From Terriglobia bacterium (GTDB taxonomy: Bacteria; Acidobacteriota; Terriglobia; JAJPHL01; JAPKYU01), in the NCBI GenBank assembly GCA_965206645.1, contig CBDBKE010000004.1:512001-576000 (forward strand): a DNA stretch of 64,000 nt, read 5' to 3'. A program made the position numbers and the translations under genes. Every line of letters starts with the position of its first letter. The stretch's first letter is position 1. Below, one piece after another: positions 10,551 through 20,434 of the stretch. The notes below the pieces were generated by a model. That model saw only the letters and a program-made list of their open reading frames with translations, had not been told where the DNA came from and did no database searches.

Positions 10551-10720
10551 CACCCGCGGCGCCAAGCGGATGCAGCAGGACTACCAGCAGCCACTGCCAG
10601 ATGTCCCCACCGTTCGCGAATGCGCCCACCAGGGCCGTGAAGCCGGCGAAGAGCGCGTGCATCACCGCGAGCATCGTCACCGACATCCGGAAGCTGGTCA
10701 TGGAGACATGATACATCCCG
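10551..10720 (-). pseudogene. small membrane protein truncated by the IS5 end
   Basis: Hydrophobic ...HALFAGFTALVGAFANGGDIWQWLLVVLLHPLGAA runs into the IS terminus. Confidence 0.35.
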
Positions 10721-10787
10721 CCGGGGCTCTCGTCCTCTGAACCGCGCCGTCGACGCCCACCGGCACGCATCGTTGACGCTGCACACG

Positions 10788-11160
10788 CTAGAACGCGACC
10801 GCGCCGACCCGCAGCAGATTGGTCAGGTAGGCGACCGCGGTCGACGTGCGTCTCTTGAAGTAGAAGACCCGTCCCTGCTCATGCTCACTGACGTGATAGC
10901 ACTCCCACCGCTCCCGTCCCATCGCATTGAGCCGTTCGTCCACGTCTCCCAGATCAGCGTGGGCCACCTCGAGTGACGTGTATTCGATGGCCCAGAGAGC
11001 CTGGAGCTCTGCTGCCGACAACTCGCGCACGTCGTTGGCCCTCGTTCGCGCGTCGTCCAGGATTCCCTGAGCCCCCTCTCGCAACTCAGCCAACGGGTCC
11101 TGTCGGCATCCAACCGAGAGCACCGCGAGTGACACGCCGATTAGTATGATTCGCATCATC
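10788..11160 (-). CDS. DUF4177-like putative lipoprotein
   Basis: Signal peptide with LSVGC lipobox; IEY...LNAMGRERWE...FYFKR pattern. Confidence 0.55.
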
Positions 11161-11339
11161 GCTTTCATCCCTTTGTAATCGGTGACAGCGCGGGACATCC
11201 GCCGCGCGGTTTCTCCGTCGTCTGAACGAGATGCATCCGCGCGAACCGAACATTCAGCAGTGGGCTGGTGTCCCACTGGCCCACCCTCCAGGGTCTACAC
11301 CCGTTGACGGGACGTTCCCCGCACGACCGCGCCGAGCAC

Positions 11340-11987
11340 TCAATGAATCGTCGGCTTGGTCACCGCGCTCGTCGCCAGCCGGTGTTGGCGAGCTCGCGTG
11401 CAGACCAGGACAACCGCATGCAACTCCTGCTCCGCAATGCGTGAGAGTTCCCGCACGTTCCTGAGGGTCCCCGCCACGTCGTCTGCCGACGCCGGCGGTG
11501 CTGGCTGGCGGCCCAGGAGCTCGACGATGCCGTGCAGCATGGCGTTGATCTCCCTCAGATGCTCCAGTGCCTCGTGGGCTCGTTCGGGGAGCTCGATGGC
11601 CTCCTCGTCACCGAACAGGCCGTCGATGAAGCCTTCCAGCTCGTCGATACGGATCTGGCACAGACGTCGCAAGTCCTCTGGCTCCGCCTGGGTGGCTATT
11701 CGCGTCAACCGAAACGGCGTGCTTTCCGATTGATGGGTTGCCAGAGCGTTCCAGAGGCCCATGAGCGCGTCGAACAGTTCGTTGGCCGCCGCAGCCGTGT
11801 CGAACGTCGGCAGCTGACCTCCCCACAAGTTGGTGACCGTCTGGACGGGCGATGCGTCAAGCCGGGGCGTCGCGATGTTGCCGAGGAAACGCGTGCGTAC
11901 GACGGGGAATGCCGTGGGACAGACAGCGTGGTCTAAGAGCGCGCGGACGCGTGCGGTGCCGTGAGAGCTGAGGGACGGTTTCTTCAT
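11340..11987 (-). CDS. hypothetical protein, UPF0149/YecA-like
   Basis: LWGGQLPTF...LMGLWN, EGFIDG and C-terminal KPTIH resemble UPF0149 proteins. Confidence 0.45.
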   Translation of the reverse strand: MKKPSLSSHGTARVRALLDHAVCPTAFPVVRTRFLGNIATPRLDASPVQTVTNLWGGQLPTFDTAAAANELFDALMGLWNALATHQSESTPFRLTRIATQAEPEDLRRLCQIRIDELEGFIDGLFGDEEAIELPERAHEALEHLREINAMLHGIVELLGRQPAPPASADDVAGTLRNVRELSRIAEQELHAVVLVCTRARQHRLATSAVTKPTIH

Positions 11988-12121
11988 GCCCGATTTGACA
12001 CCCCGCACCTGTCTCTGGACGTCGCCAGCCTACTCCGAACCACTGTGGCGATGTCGGGAGAATTGAGGGAGTTTACATCACAACCTGCCCATTAGAATCA
12101 ACTACTTGATATCTCTTTGGT

Positions 12122-12260
12122 GATGCAGCGCGACCATCGCGTGCCGTTGTGTGGGCGCGCGCTGGAGGTCCTCAAGGCGGCCTGCCCGCTCGGCGCCGGC
12201 GGCAATCCACCCGTGTTCCCCGGTAAGAGGGGGCAAGCTGCTCGCCGACAAGACGCTCGT
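12122..12260 (+). pseudogene. tyrosine integrase fragment (same family as 43507..44724), preceded by an IHF-like site
   Basis: MQRDHRVPLCGRALEVL...VFPG matches MKRDHRVPLCGRALAIL...VFPS. AATCAACTACTTG at ~12096-12108 fits WATCAANNNNTTR. Confidence 0.6.
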
Positions 12261-12656
12261 CTGCGGCTCTGACACCGCAAGGGGTTAACCCGCGATCTCG
12301 GTGGCGTCGGCCACCTTGTCGAGTGCTCACGCACTCCGACGGTACGATAGCGAGCGGTCACTCCATATGGTCTTGTACGTCGGATGGACCTTTGACTTCA
12401 TCCCCATAGTGTGATTCCTGCGGCGAGTCCCGAGAAGTGCCGGCCAAGCCGGCCCACCCGCGCAGGGTCTTCATGCAACAACGCCCAGCAGTGCCCCGAC
12501 GGTCGGGGCCACTTGTGCGAACGTTGGAGTACCTGCCACCATCGCATCGGAGATCCAGTGGATGACCGTCGCGTCCGGCGGGATTCCCCGAAGCCGGACA
12601 AACACGTTCGGCTGAGCCTGGAACCTAGCTCTGCGCACCGACGAGATTATTAGGCG

Positions 12657-15533
12657 TCACAGTCCCAGCTTGAAGCTCAATTCATCCGCAATCGAAGTGG
12701 GCAGCGGAACAGCCGTGTCTGTATCCGGCGTGATCAGTTTCGCGACTTCATCCTGCCCCATCACTACGCGAAACCATTGTTCTCGGTGGGACATGACCTG
12801 GTACTGCCGCTCGTCGGCAGTACCGGCGAGATACGGAAGGTAAACGACGATCGGTTGGCAGCCTTCGGCCTTGCAGCCAAGCCGATCGATTCGTCCTGTT
12901 CGCTGCTCGATTGTGCTCGGGTTCCAGGCAAGGTCGTATTGAATGACGTGGCGACAGAACCGCTGCAGGTCGACACCCTCGCCCATAACCCCGCTGCACA
13001 CGAGGATGTCCGGGAAGAACGGCGTATTGAAAGCTCGCATGAGACGAGCTCTGGTGTCACGCCTCGTAATGCCTGTGGCTACTTGGACATTTGCGACGGC
13101 AACCTTCGCCTCCTTAGCCTCGCCTGTCCCCTCGTCCTCATCTTCCACTCGGATTCCCCCGGTCTGGGTTCGACTGGCCGCTTCGAGATAGAGCCTCCGC
13201 TCCTCCGTCGAGCACCCGTTCGCGAGGAAATTGATGAACCCGTGAAACTTCTCCCGCCAAGAGGTCCCTGACCTATCTACATGGCCCAGCAGCTTCGCCA
13301 CAGCGTCCGCTGGATCGCTCGAATTCACGTCGTCCAGGGGAAAGCAGCGAGCCAGCGTCGTCGGTGCACGCAGAAAGCGGCGCATGATGTCGATCAGCTC
13401 TTCACGCTCGGCGCCCGGCAGCCTGGCGGAGTCGAGCGCAGCGGTGTGTTCTCGGGCAATCTCGATGAGTGCCTCGTCGATCGCCCGGCGCCCCCGAGTC
13501 CTCGTATCGTCAAAGAAGCGCTTCTGGACACTCTCCAGCAAAGCGTCGACCGATTCGCGACCATCGCGCCCGCCACCGGCTTGTAGTCGACGCTGGACAC
13601 CTGCTTCCAACCTTCGCTTGATTTCCTCGCTGATGTGAACGCGCAAGGCGCGACAGGTCCTCCGGTAAAAGGCGAAAACGAGCACCTTTTCACCAGATGC
13701 CCAAAGGTCCACAACCCTCGTCACGGTGGCGGCCATCTTCGGGTGCGTGTCGCCCCGAGCATGCTCAAGAGCCCGGTCGAACTCCGTCAGGTACCAGCGG
13801 GCCTGCGCGAGATCCGGAAGGGCTTCGGGTTGCCCGTCCTCGTGGTCCCGATCCAGTTGGTCCCGATCAAGCTGACGATGCTCACGCGTGTAGCGAAAGG
13901 CCTCGTAAGACGAGGACAACGCCTCACCCAGTACGTCTGAGCCTGCGCTGATAGCGCTTCTGGCAGCAAGAAAGAACGGCAGTAGTTGAGACGGTTGAAT
14001 CGCGAGTCCCATCATTCCTGGGTGCCCAGCGATGGCACCGCCTTCGATCCGTGTCCGGCGAGCCACCTCGGTCTGTTCCCAATACTTGCCCTTGTTGTGT
14101 CGCACAATCCAGGGCCGGAGGGCTTCTTCCGCGCCCTGTCGCGTACGCTTCGCCGTGCGATAACCTTCGGCGATGGCCCGTTGGCGGGCTGTGAGGGATT
14201 CCGCCGGCCGCGCGAGCAGATCGTCCCACCACGACTCAACCTCCGATTGGCTGTCTTCCGGTGTCAGGCGGCTCCACGCACGTTGAAGCGCAATCGCACC
14301 CCGCTGGTTATCGTCGAGCTGGCTTCGAAGCTCGGACAACTGCTGCGCGAAGCGTTCTCGGCCGCCCAGTTCGGTCTCGTTCCAGCGGACATCACCAAAG
14401 CGCTCGAGCACACGGAGCAGCTCGTGATGGCCAAGCTGAAACGGAGTCGCCGTGAGAAAGAGCATCCGATCGAAGGACCGCGCCATTGCGCCGTCTCCTG
14501 TGCGCATCGACTCCTCGGAGTCGGAAGACTGGAGTTGACGCGCGAGCGACGTGCCTGGATTCTTGAGATGATGGGCTTCGTCCATCACCAGCAGCGGCGA
14601 ACGCCATCGGGCCTGTGCCAACAACGTTTTCCACAGCTCGCGCTCGACCTCCTTGAGGGCTCGGCGAGCGTCGGTAACCCGCTCCGACACGCGCGACCCA
14701 CCGCCGCGGGCCCGAACCGGCATATGTTCCAGCGCCTCTGCCAGGGGCTTTAGGTTCATGAGGCGGAGCGCACGCGCGACGCTCTTTGGAACGGGATCGT
14801 CGTTCAGACGTCGGTCCTCTTGGGTGCCGTCGTTATAGAGCTTTTTCCAGCGCTTGGAGTCTGAGCGGAGAAGCCGCTGCCAGAGAACGTCGCCCCAGTC
14901 GTGGCGACGTTCTTCCCCAATGGCCCAGAGAAGCTCTCCGAGAAACCGGTGGATCTGACCCTTGACCTTAATGAGCCGTTTTGCCTTGCCACGGCCATGA
15001 ACGCGAAGCGCTTCGGCTATGAGTGCCAGCCGCACCCATCGGTCGCTTTGCCGGCGGGACATGGCGCTCTGGGCCAAAAAGATGAAGTGCGGCCGCACGC
15101 GGGGCGGATCATCGAGAAGCTTCATCAGCGCCACGCTGTCCCGCGCGATTCCAAATCGCAGGGCGCCAGGTTTCTTCAGATCCTTCGGGCCGCTCGCATC
15201 CACTGACAGGGGCAGACGGTCAGGCACATACAGCTCGCAGAACGTCTTGAGGTCTTGCACCCACTTGTCGATTAGGTTTGCGGGCACCATGACGATGACG
15301 GGACCGAGGGGGCTGTGAACCGCGACACTATAGGCGACACCAAGCGCAACGAATGTCTTGCCCATCCCAACTTCGTCGGCGAGGATGACTCCAGGCTGCC
15401 TGCGCAGTCGATCGAGAATGGCCTCGACCTCCGTCCGCTGCCGCTTCTGGTCGCCTTCTGGAACCCTATTGTTCAAGCGTGTGCCGATGACGAGTTCCGC
15501 CGGCATGGAATAGGCACCGCCTACGCGAGACAT
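12657..15533 (-). CDS. SNF2-family helicase (ZacC-like; putative defence)
   Basis: ILADEVGMGKT, MDEAHH, LTATP, KVLVF, GEGVDLQ, WNPSTIEQRTGRIDR; start overlaps the end of the PLD gene. Confidence 0.9.
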   Translation of the reverse strand: MSRVGGAYSMPAELVIGTRLNNRVPEGDQKRQRTEVEAILDRLRRQPGVILADEVGMGKTFVALGVAYSVAVHSPLGPVIVMVPANLIDKWVQDLKTFCELYVPDRLPLSVDASGPKDLKKPGALRFGIARDSVALMKLLDDPPRVRPHFIFLAQSAMSRRQSDRWVRLALIAEALRVHGRGKAKRLIKVKGQIHRFLGELLWAIGEERRHDWGDVLWQRLLRSDSKRWKKLYNDGTQEDRRLNDDPVPKSVARALRLMNLKPLAEALEHMPVRARGGGSRVSERVTDARRALKEVERELWKTLLAQARWRSPLLVMDEAHHLKNPGTSLARQLQSSDSEESMRTGDGAMARSFDRMLFLTATPFQLGHHELLRVLERFGDVRWNETELGGRERFAQQLSELRSQLDDNQRGAIALQRAWSRLTPEDSQSEVESWWDDLLARPAESLTARQRAIAEGYRTAKRTRQGAEEALRPWIVRHNKGKYWEQTEVARRTRIEGGAIAGHPGMMGLAIQPSQLLPFFLAARSAISAGSDVLGEALSSSYEAFRYTREHRQLDRDQLDRDHEDGQPEALPDLAQARWYLTEFDRALEHARGDTHPKMAATVTRVVDLWASGEKVLVFAFYRRTCRALRVHISEEIKRRLEAGVQRRLQAGGGRDGRESVDALLESVQKRFFDDTRTRGRRAIDEALIEIAREHTAALDSARLPGAEREELIDIMRRFLRAPTTLARCFPLDDVNSSDPADAVAKLLGHVDRSGTSWREKFHGFINFLANGCSTEERRLYLEAASRTQTGGIRVEDEDEGTGEAKEAKVAVANVQVATGITRRDTRARLMRAFNTPFFPDILVCSGVMGEGVDLQRFCRHVIQYDLAWNPSTIEQRTGRIDRLGCKAEGCQPIVVYLPYLAGTADERQYQVMSHREQWFRVVMGQDEVAKLITPDTDTAVPLPTSIADELSFKLGL

Positions 15534-17626
15534 CGCTTCACCACCCGTTTCCAAAACTCGGCGGGCTCCTCCGAGAGCAGTCGGCGATGGGCCTCGACCT
15601 CACGCCCAAGCTTCCGGGCCAGTTCTCTCAGGAATGTGTCGTAGACTTCGTGGAATTCGGTGCGAGATAGCGCGCCCTCGGCTGGCTCGTAGTCCACCTC
15701 GCGAAGCACAATCAGAAAATCGGCTAGGGTCAGCAGCGCCTCGTCGGCCTCCTCGTTGGCCGTGGCGATGTCGCGCACCAGTCGTTCGGCGACCGCCTGA
15801 ACGCCGACGAAACCCCGCAACCGCCATTCGAGTGCCTGGCGTCCCCACGCCGACCGCTGCAGGTTGGCACGCAGCTGCGCAAGAACGCGCGCCCGGCGGC
15901 GGACGCGGTGCAGGAACGTCGCCTGCAGGTCAAAGCGCCGCAAGGGGTCCAGATCGATCGGTGTCGCTGAATCAAGGTCATCGTCAAACCCCGTCGAGTG
16001 CTCACGACTCTTCGCCCACGCTCGAAAGGCAGCACTGGGATCGGTCGCGGCCAGGATGCCCAGCATGTCATCCGCAGACATCTGGTCCAACTGAGACGGC
16101 GGCGGCAGCTCGTGGCGATCTTCGACATTCAGTGGCAGAAATGCCTCGAGATCTTCCCATCGAACGAGAAGCTTCTCCGGTGGCTGCGGTGCCGACCATG
16201 GAAGTGCGACGATCGAACGACGACCGCTTTGTTCCCAGGTCGACGAAGACAGGATCTCGTGGCCATCTCGACCACTCGCCAGAATGCTCCAGCTGTAGGG
16301 CAGCCCGACGGGATCCAGGTACAGGACAAGCTGCTGCGCGCGTCCCGCCCGAAAGACAGCGGACAGGAATCCCGGCGGCGCCGGCTGGCCGGACGCCCGT
16401 TCCTCCTCGTCTCGCTCCGGCCGGCCACCTTCCCACTCTGCAGCTTCAGCGTCATCGACCTGCTCCATCTCAGGCCACAGCGCATCGAGCTCGCCAGAGT
16501 CGCGACTGAATTCGACGTAGTCCACAAGCGTCAACAGGTTCGCCTCCGTGTTTCGCCGGACACCGACGCCCAAGCCGGCCCTCGTGAAGTTCGAGGAACC
16601 GACCATGAGCGCTGAGTAGCGGTCACCCTTCAGCGCTAGCATCTTCGCGTGCCACGGTCGCAGATTGCGGTCCCCGTCGTGGTCGGGCAGCAGTTCAACC
16701 GAGACGGAGGCGCTGTACCGAGGCGGCGTGTCCACGAGCGCCCTGGGGGCAGCCAGCCGCGGTACTGCTGCCGTTTCATCCCGAATCGCCGGTACACAGA
16801 AGCACAGATGACGGTCGGTGCCACGGGCCAGGAGTTTGCACAGGGCGGCTGTCGCCGCGCTCGTCTCGCTGTCGCTATCGAAAAAGGGCGACGCGATCCA
16901 GGCCTCGTCGGGCGAGCCCCCGCGCTTACGGCAGAGCCGGACCGCTTCATTGAGGCTACTGCGTGCCGGCACACGCCTCCCGTTCTCGGGCATCGTGAAT
17001 ACCAAGTGCTGACGCACCGCGCTCCTGCGCCGTCCTGATGTCCATAGTCTTGTCTGCTTCCGGACACGTTCGAGAAACTCGTCTGAACGCTGAACGGCCG
17101 GAAGGCTGGCCGAGGCACCCGGCACAAAGGCCAGTAGCGACCCAAGGAAATCAAGCGACTCCTCCAGCGCCTGAAGGTCGGCCTCCTGCGGCGTTAAGTC
17201 GATCGTTGAGGCAACCTCGTAGTTGCTCCGGTATCCGGGGTCGGTAAGGTTCGCTGAGGTTACGATGATCCGAACATGGGTGGTCCACGCGAGCAGGCTG
17301 AGCTTCGCGTGCTGCCTGCCTCCGACGATTCTGACGGGCACCACGTCCCAGCGGAGGGAGTGCTCGACTCCGGCCTGTGTGTGATCCACCAGCACCCCCG
17401 CATACACACCGCTCAGGCGACTCTCGCGCTCGAGCAAGAAAGCCAGATCCTCTCGATGCGGTTCGGATTCAATCTCCAGAAAGCGAGCAAGACACTGCTC
17501 CTCAAACAAACCCGGAGCAAACGTAAATGTCGTCGCCACACAGCCGATCGGGTCGCCGGCCTGCTGTGGAGGCCGCCACAGGTCGAGCATCGCGCCCGTG
17601 GCGCCGCTCTTTCGCCGTTTACTCAT
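15521..17626 (-). CDS. phospholipase-D-superfamily nuclease-like protein with two HxK motifs (ZacB-like)
   Basis: QHAKLSLL...TSANLT and WHAKMLAL...GSSNFT...NTEA; IASPFFD. Confidence 0.8.
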   Translation of the reverse strand: MSKRRKSGATGAMLDLWRPPQQAGDPIGCVATTFTFAPGLFEEQCLARFLEIESEPHREDLAFLLERESRLSGVYAGVLVDHTQAGVEHSLRWDVVPVRIVGGRQHAKLSLLAWTTHVRIIVTSANLTDPGYRSNYEVASTIDLTPQEADLQALEESLDFLGSLLAFVPGASASLPAVQRSDEFLERVRKQTRLWTSGRRRSAVRQHLVFTMPENGRRVPARSSLNEAVRLCRKRGGSPDEAWIASPFFDSDSETSAATAALCKLLARGTDRHLCFCVPAIRDETAAVPRLAAPRALVDTPPRYSASVSVELLPDHDGDRNLRPWHAKMLALKGDRYSALMVGSSNFTRAGLGVGVRRNTEANLLTLVDYVEFSRDSGELDALWPEMEQVDDAEAAEWEGGRPERDEEERASGQPAPPGFLSAVFRAGRAQQLVLYLDPVGLPYSWSILASGRDGHEILSSSTWEQSGRRSIVALPWSAPQPPEKLLVRWEDLEAFLPLNVEDRHELPPPSQLDQMSADDMLGILAATDPSAAFRAWAKSREHSTGFDDDLDSATPIDLDPLRRFDLQATFLHRVRRRARVLAQLRANLQRSAWGRQALEWRLRGFVGVQAVAERLVRDIATANEEADEALLTLADFLIVLREVDYEPAEGALSRTEFHEVYDTFLRELARKLGREVEAHRRLLSEEPAEFWKRVVKRCLA

Positions 17627-18921
17627 GACAAGTCGGCACGGAACCGGCGAATCGGCCGCCCGCGGTAGTCGTGGACATAGCGTCCAGGCAGGATATCGTG
17701 TCGCTCATCGCGATACGCATGGCGAACATAGATGCGTTCCCGCCCAAGCAGATCGAACCAAGTACGCTTGCCCTCTGCCGACTTGTCGCGCTGAACCTTC
17801 GTGTGATGCTCGCACAGGCTGAGAGCACAAGCTCCGGCATCCATCGGATCCGCAAATAACCGGAAGCGTTCGCTGAACAGGTTCTGTAGGGACAGGCCAC
17901 CGGCGATCGTGTCACCCAGGGCGCGATGAGCTTGGGCGAACCGTTTGTGGAGATCAGTCACGCTGCGCTTGAAACCCCTGTCGCTGGCAATCGCCGGCAC
18001 CTCGAACCCCCTGGAGTCCACATGAGCCGCCTCGGCCTTCAAGACGTCGAAGGCATCCTTGAGGCTGCGCGCGAACGCTTCGTAACTGCGGATCGCCGTT
18101 AGTAACGACGAGAACTCGGGCCGCGATTTCTCGAGACGGTCATGCAACGGCTCCTCCCGGAAGTCGTCGTTCGTGAAAGCCTCCTGAAGCTGCCAGATGG
18201 CGGGCAGAGCACCGAGCGCACGCTCGTCCGAGGCGTGAAGCATCTCGTCGATGCATCGCCGCTCTCTGCCTTTGCAGCCTGACGGCGCGAACGCGTTCGC
18301 GAGTTCCTCCCACTTATCCTTCGTCCAGCCCGGCTTCGTGCGGGGTGGTCTCTCTGTCACACTCCGATGGACGGCAGCCCTCCACCGTGACAAGAGAGGC
18401 TTCGCCTCCCGATAGCCGACCAGGCCCTGTCCGCGGGCCCACGCGTCGGCCAGCCTCTCTGCGTTCGGTCCGGCCTCCAGATGAACCGTGACCAGACCAA
18501 GATGGACCGCGAGCCTCTTGTAGACCCCGTGAATGCCGAAGATCCGAGGCGTCTTCAAGTAACTGCGCGCGTCCAGGTAACCATGTTGATTCAGCGCTCG
18601 CTTCGTGACGAGCGAGCCCGCAACGCCCCAGATCGAGGGATCGTCGGGCATCGTGCGTATCAGAGATTCGACAACCAGCCACTCCCACACCAGGTAGGGC
18701 GACGCGTCGCGGAGCCGGGGATCGTCCTCCATGCCTTCGGTAACGAGTGCGCCCACGGCCATCACAGTGAGAAAACGAACACGCTGCATCCGCTCCCGAA
18801 CAGCGGGCACGAGCTGCACGGCTAGTTGATCGGCGATCTGATAGAGCCCCAGAGGGTCAAGGGTGCCTTCACTCGTCCCCAGCGGGTCGTAGGCAGTCAA
18901 GAACGGGAACGTCGCCTTCAT
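17623..18921 (-). CDS. hypothetical protein with DPLG motif (ZacA/DUF6361-like), first gene of the operon
   Basis: GTLDPLGL..IAD.L...LVP.V.....RVRF and FGIHGVYK; ATGA overlap with the next gene. Sequence upstream of 18937 belongs to an IS. Confidence 0.65.
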   Translation of the reverse strand: MKATFPFLTAYDPLGTSEGTLDPLGLYQIADQLAVQLVPAVRERMQRVRFLTVMAVGALVTEGMEDDPRLRDASPYLVWEWLVVESLIRTMPDDPSIWGVAGSLVTKRALNQHGYLDARSYLKTPRIFGIHGVYKRLAVHLGLVTVHLEAGPNAERLADAWARGQGLVGYREAKPLLSRWRAAVHRSVTERPPRTKPGWTKDKWEELANAFAPSGCKGRERRCIDEMLHASDERALGALPAIWQLQEAFTNDDFREEPLHDRLEKSRPEFSSLLTAIRSYEAFARSLKDAFDVLKAEAAHVDSRGFEVPAIASDRGFKRSVTDLHKRFAQAHRALGDTIAGGLSLQNLFSERFRLFADPMDAGACALSLCEHHTKVQRDKSAEGKRTWFDLLGRERIYVRHAYRDERHDILPGRYVHDYRGRPIRRFRADLS

Positions 18922-18937
18922 GCTTGTAGACTTGGTG

Positions 18938-19510
18938 TGACCTGCCCCCGGTTGTTGGTCCATTTTTTATGTTAGTCCATAAGCCGTTGCAGCCGGGTGG
19001 AGCGGAGCGGAACCCGGCGGTAACGGCAAGATCGCTTCCGGGGCTGGCGGCCGGTAGCCCAACGCGCTGTGCGGGCGAACTTTGTTATATTCCCGTCGCC
19101 ATCCCTCAATCAACACCTTCGCTTCCCGCAAGGTGTAGAAGATCTCTCCATTGAGAAACTCGTCTCGAAACTTCCCGTTCAACGATTCTACATACCCGTT
19201 TTCCCATGGGCTCCCCGGCTCGATGAACAAGGTCTTTACCCCTACCCGCTCCAGCCAGTTCCGAACCAACCGTGCTGTGAACTCGGACCCATTGTCCGAG
19301 CGAAGGTAATCGGGAACTCCTCGCTCCACAAACAAGGCTGCCAGCCGTTCCAAGACACTCATCGAATCAGCTCGCCGTCCTACGTCGATCGCCAAACATT
19401 CTCGCGTGTACTCATCCACCACCGTCAACATCTTCAGGGGACGACCGTCCCGGGTTCGATCTGCCACAAAATCGTACGCCCAGACATGATCCCGCCAGCA
19501 CGGTCTTAAC
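18938..19510 (-). mobile_element. IS3-family right-end remnant (OrfB C-terminal half)
   Basis: HVWAYDF...SDNGSEF...PGSPWENGYVES...RPHSALGY; terminal TGACCTGCCCCC at 18938. Confidence 0.85.
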
Positions 19511-19835
19511 GCAGATTGCCAACATGCAAAAAGTTGCATGTCCGTATTTGGATGCCAGCGAGAAAGGGGTGGCGAATGCCAGTCAGGACCAAGCCGCCGA
19601 GTGTGCATGAGAAGCCCAGGACTTGGGAGGCAACCTAACGCAGATGGGCAGAAGCCAGACTACCGAACGACGGTCCTTCAGCAGAAAGTTCTCCACCAGC
19701 ATGATACCGTTGGCGCTCTGGGTTCCCTAGCCGTCCGGCAGCGGCAGCGCCGCGGTCATTTCTTAGGCGGCATTTCCGCTTGGGGAAGGTACGTAGGTGT
19801 CCCCAGGGGGAACAGTCACTCCCGGCGCGACGTTG

Positions 19836-20138
19836 CTACTTCCTGGGCGGTGCGACTGCGTCTCGGGCGGCCTTGGCCAGGTAGAACTTCACCGCTGTCT
19901 TGGCCGAAATCTTGATGGGCTCGCCGGTGGCAGGGTTGCGGCCCATGCGCGCCTTACGTCGCACCTTCTTCATCCGGCCCAGCCCGGGCAGGACGAAGAT
20001 GCCGACCCGCTTGGTCTGTTGGACCGACAGGTCCACGACCGAATCGAGGAACTCGCGCGCTGCCTTATTCGTGAGTCCATTCTTCTGCGCCAGATGCCGG
20101 ACCACCTGGCTCTGCGTCATTCGAGCTGCCTGTGCCAT
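19836..20138 (-). CDS. hup: HU-family DNA-binding protein
   Basis: FVLPGLG...RKARMGRNPATGEPIKISAK.VKF; AGGAGGAG RBS. Confidence 0.9.
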   Translation of the reverse strand: MAQAARMTQSQVVRHLAQKNGLTNKAAREFLDSVVDLSVQQTKRVGIFVLPGLGRMKKVRRKARMGRNPATGEPIKISAKTAVKFYLAKAARDAVAPPRK

Positions 20139-20152
20139 ACTCCTCCTTTTGT

Positions 20153-20362
20153 CTATTCTGCCCGGCGCCGATCCAGGCCGCTCCTGCGAGCTGGCCCGCT
20201 ACGCTGTTCCGGGAAGACAAAGCTCCAGTCCGTCAACTTCCGACAGGTAGAGCAGTATTTCTCAACAGGATTTTCTTTCTTACCTTCTGGCGATTGGTCA
20301 TCATGAACCAGGAGAGACCTGCAGGTGCCACAGCTTTCGCACTTGAATACGTGGGATGGCAT
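20153..20362 (-). CDS. small Zn-ribbon protein
   Basis: CESC and CSTC pairs; ends 14 bp before the HU start. Confidence 0.5.
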   Translation of the reverse strand: MPSHVFKCESCGTCRSLLVHDDQSPEGKKENPVEKYCSTCRKLTDWSFVFPEQRSGPARRSGLDRRRAE

Positions 20363-20434
20363 TTGTCTTGAGGGAACGGATTCTATATACCTGGACTGAC
20401 CAGACCGATTTTTTGTACCAACCGTAGTGAGAGT

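Noticed and set aside
12657-18921. DISARM or restriction-modification system
   Set aside because: No methyltransferase, DrmA or DUF1998 gene in the operon.
19510-19830. Possible structured ncRNA between the IS3 remnant and HU
   Set aside because: No family motif or convincing long stems recognisable by eye; would need an Rfam/Infernal search.
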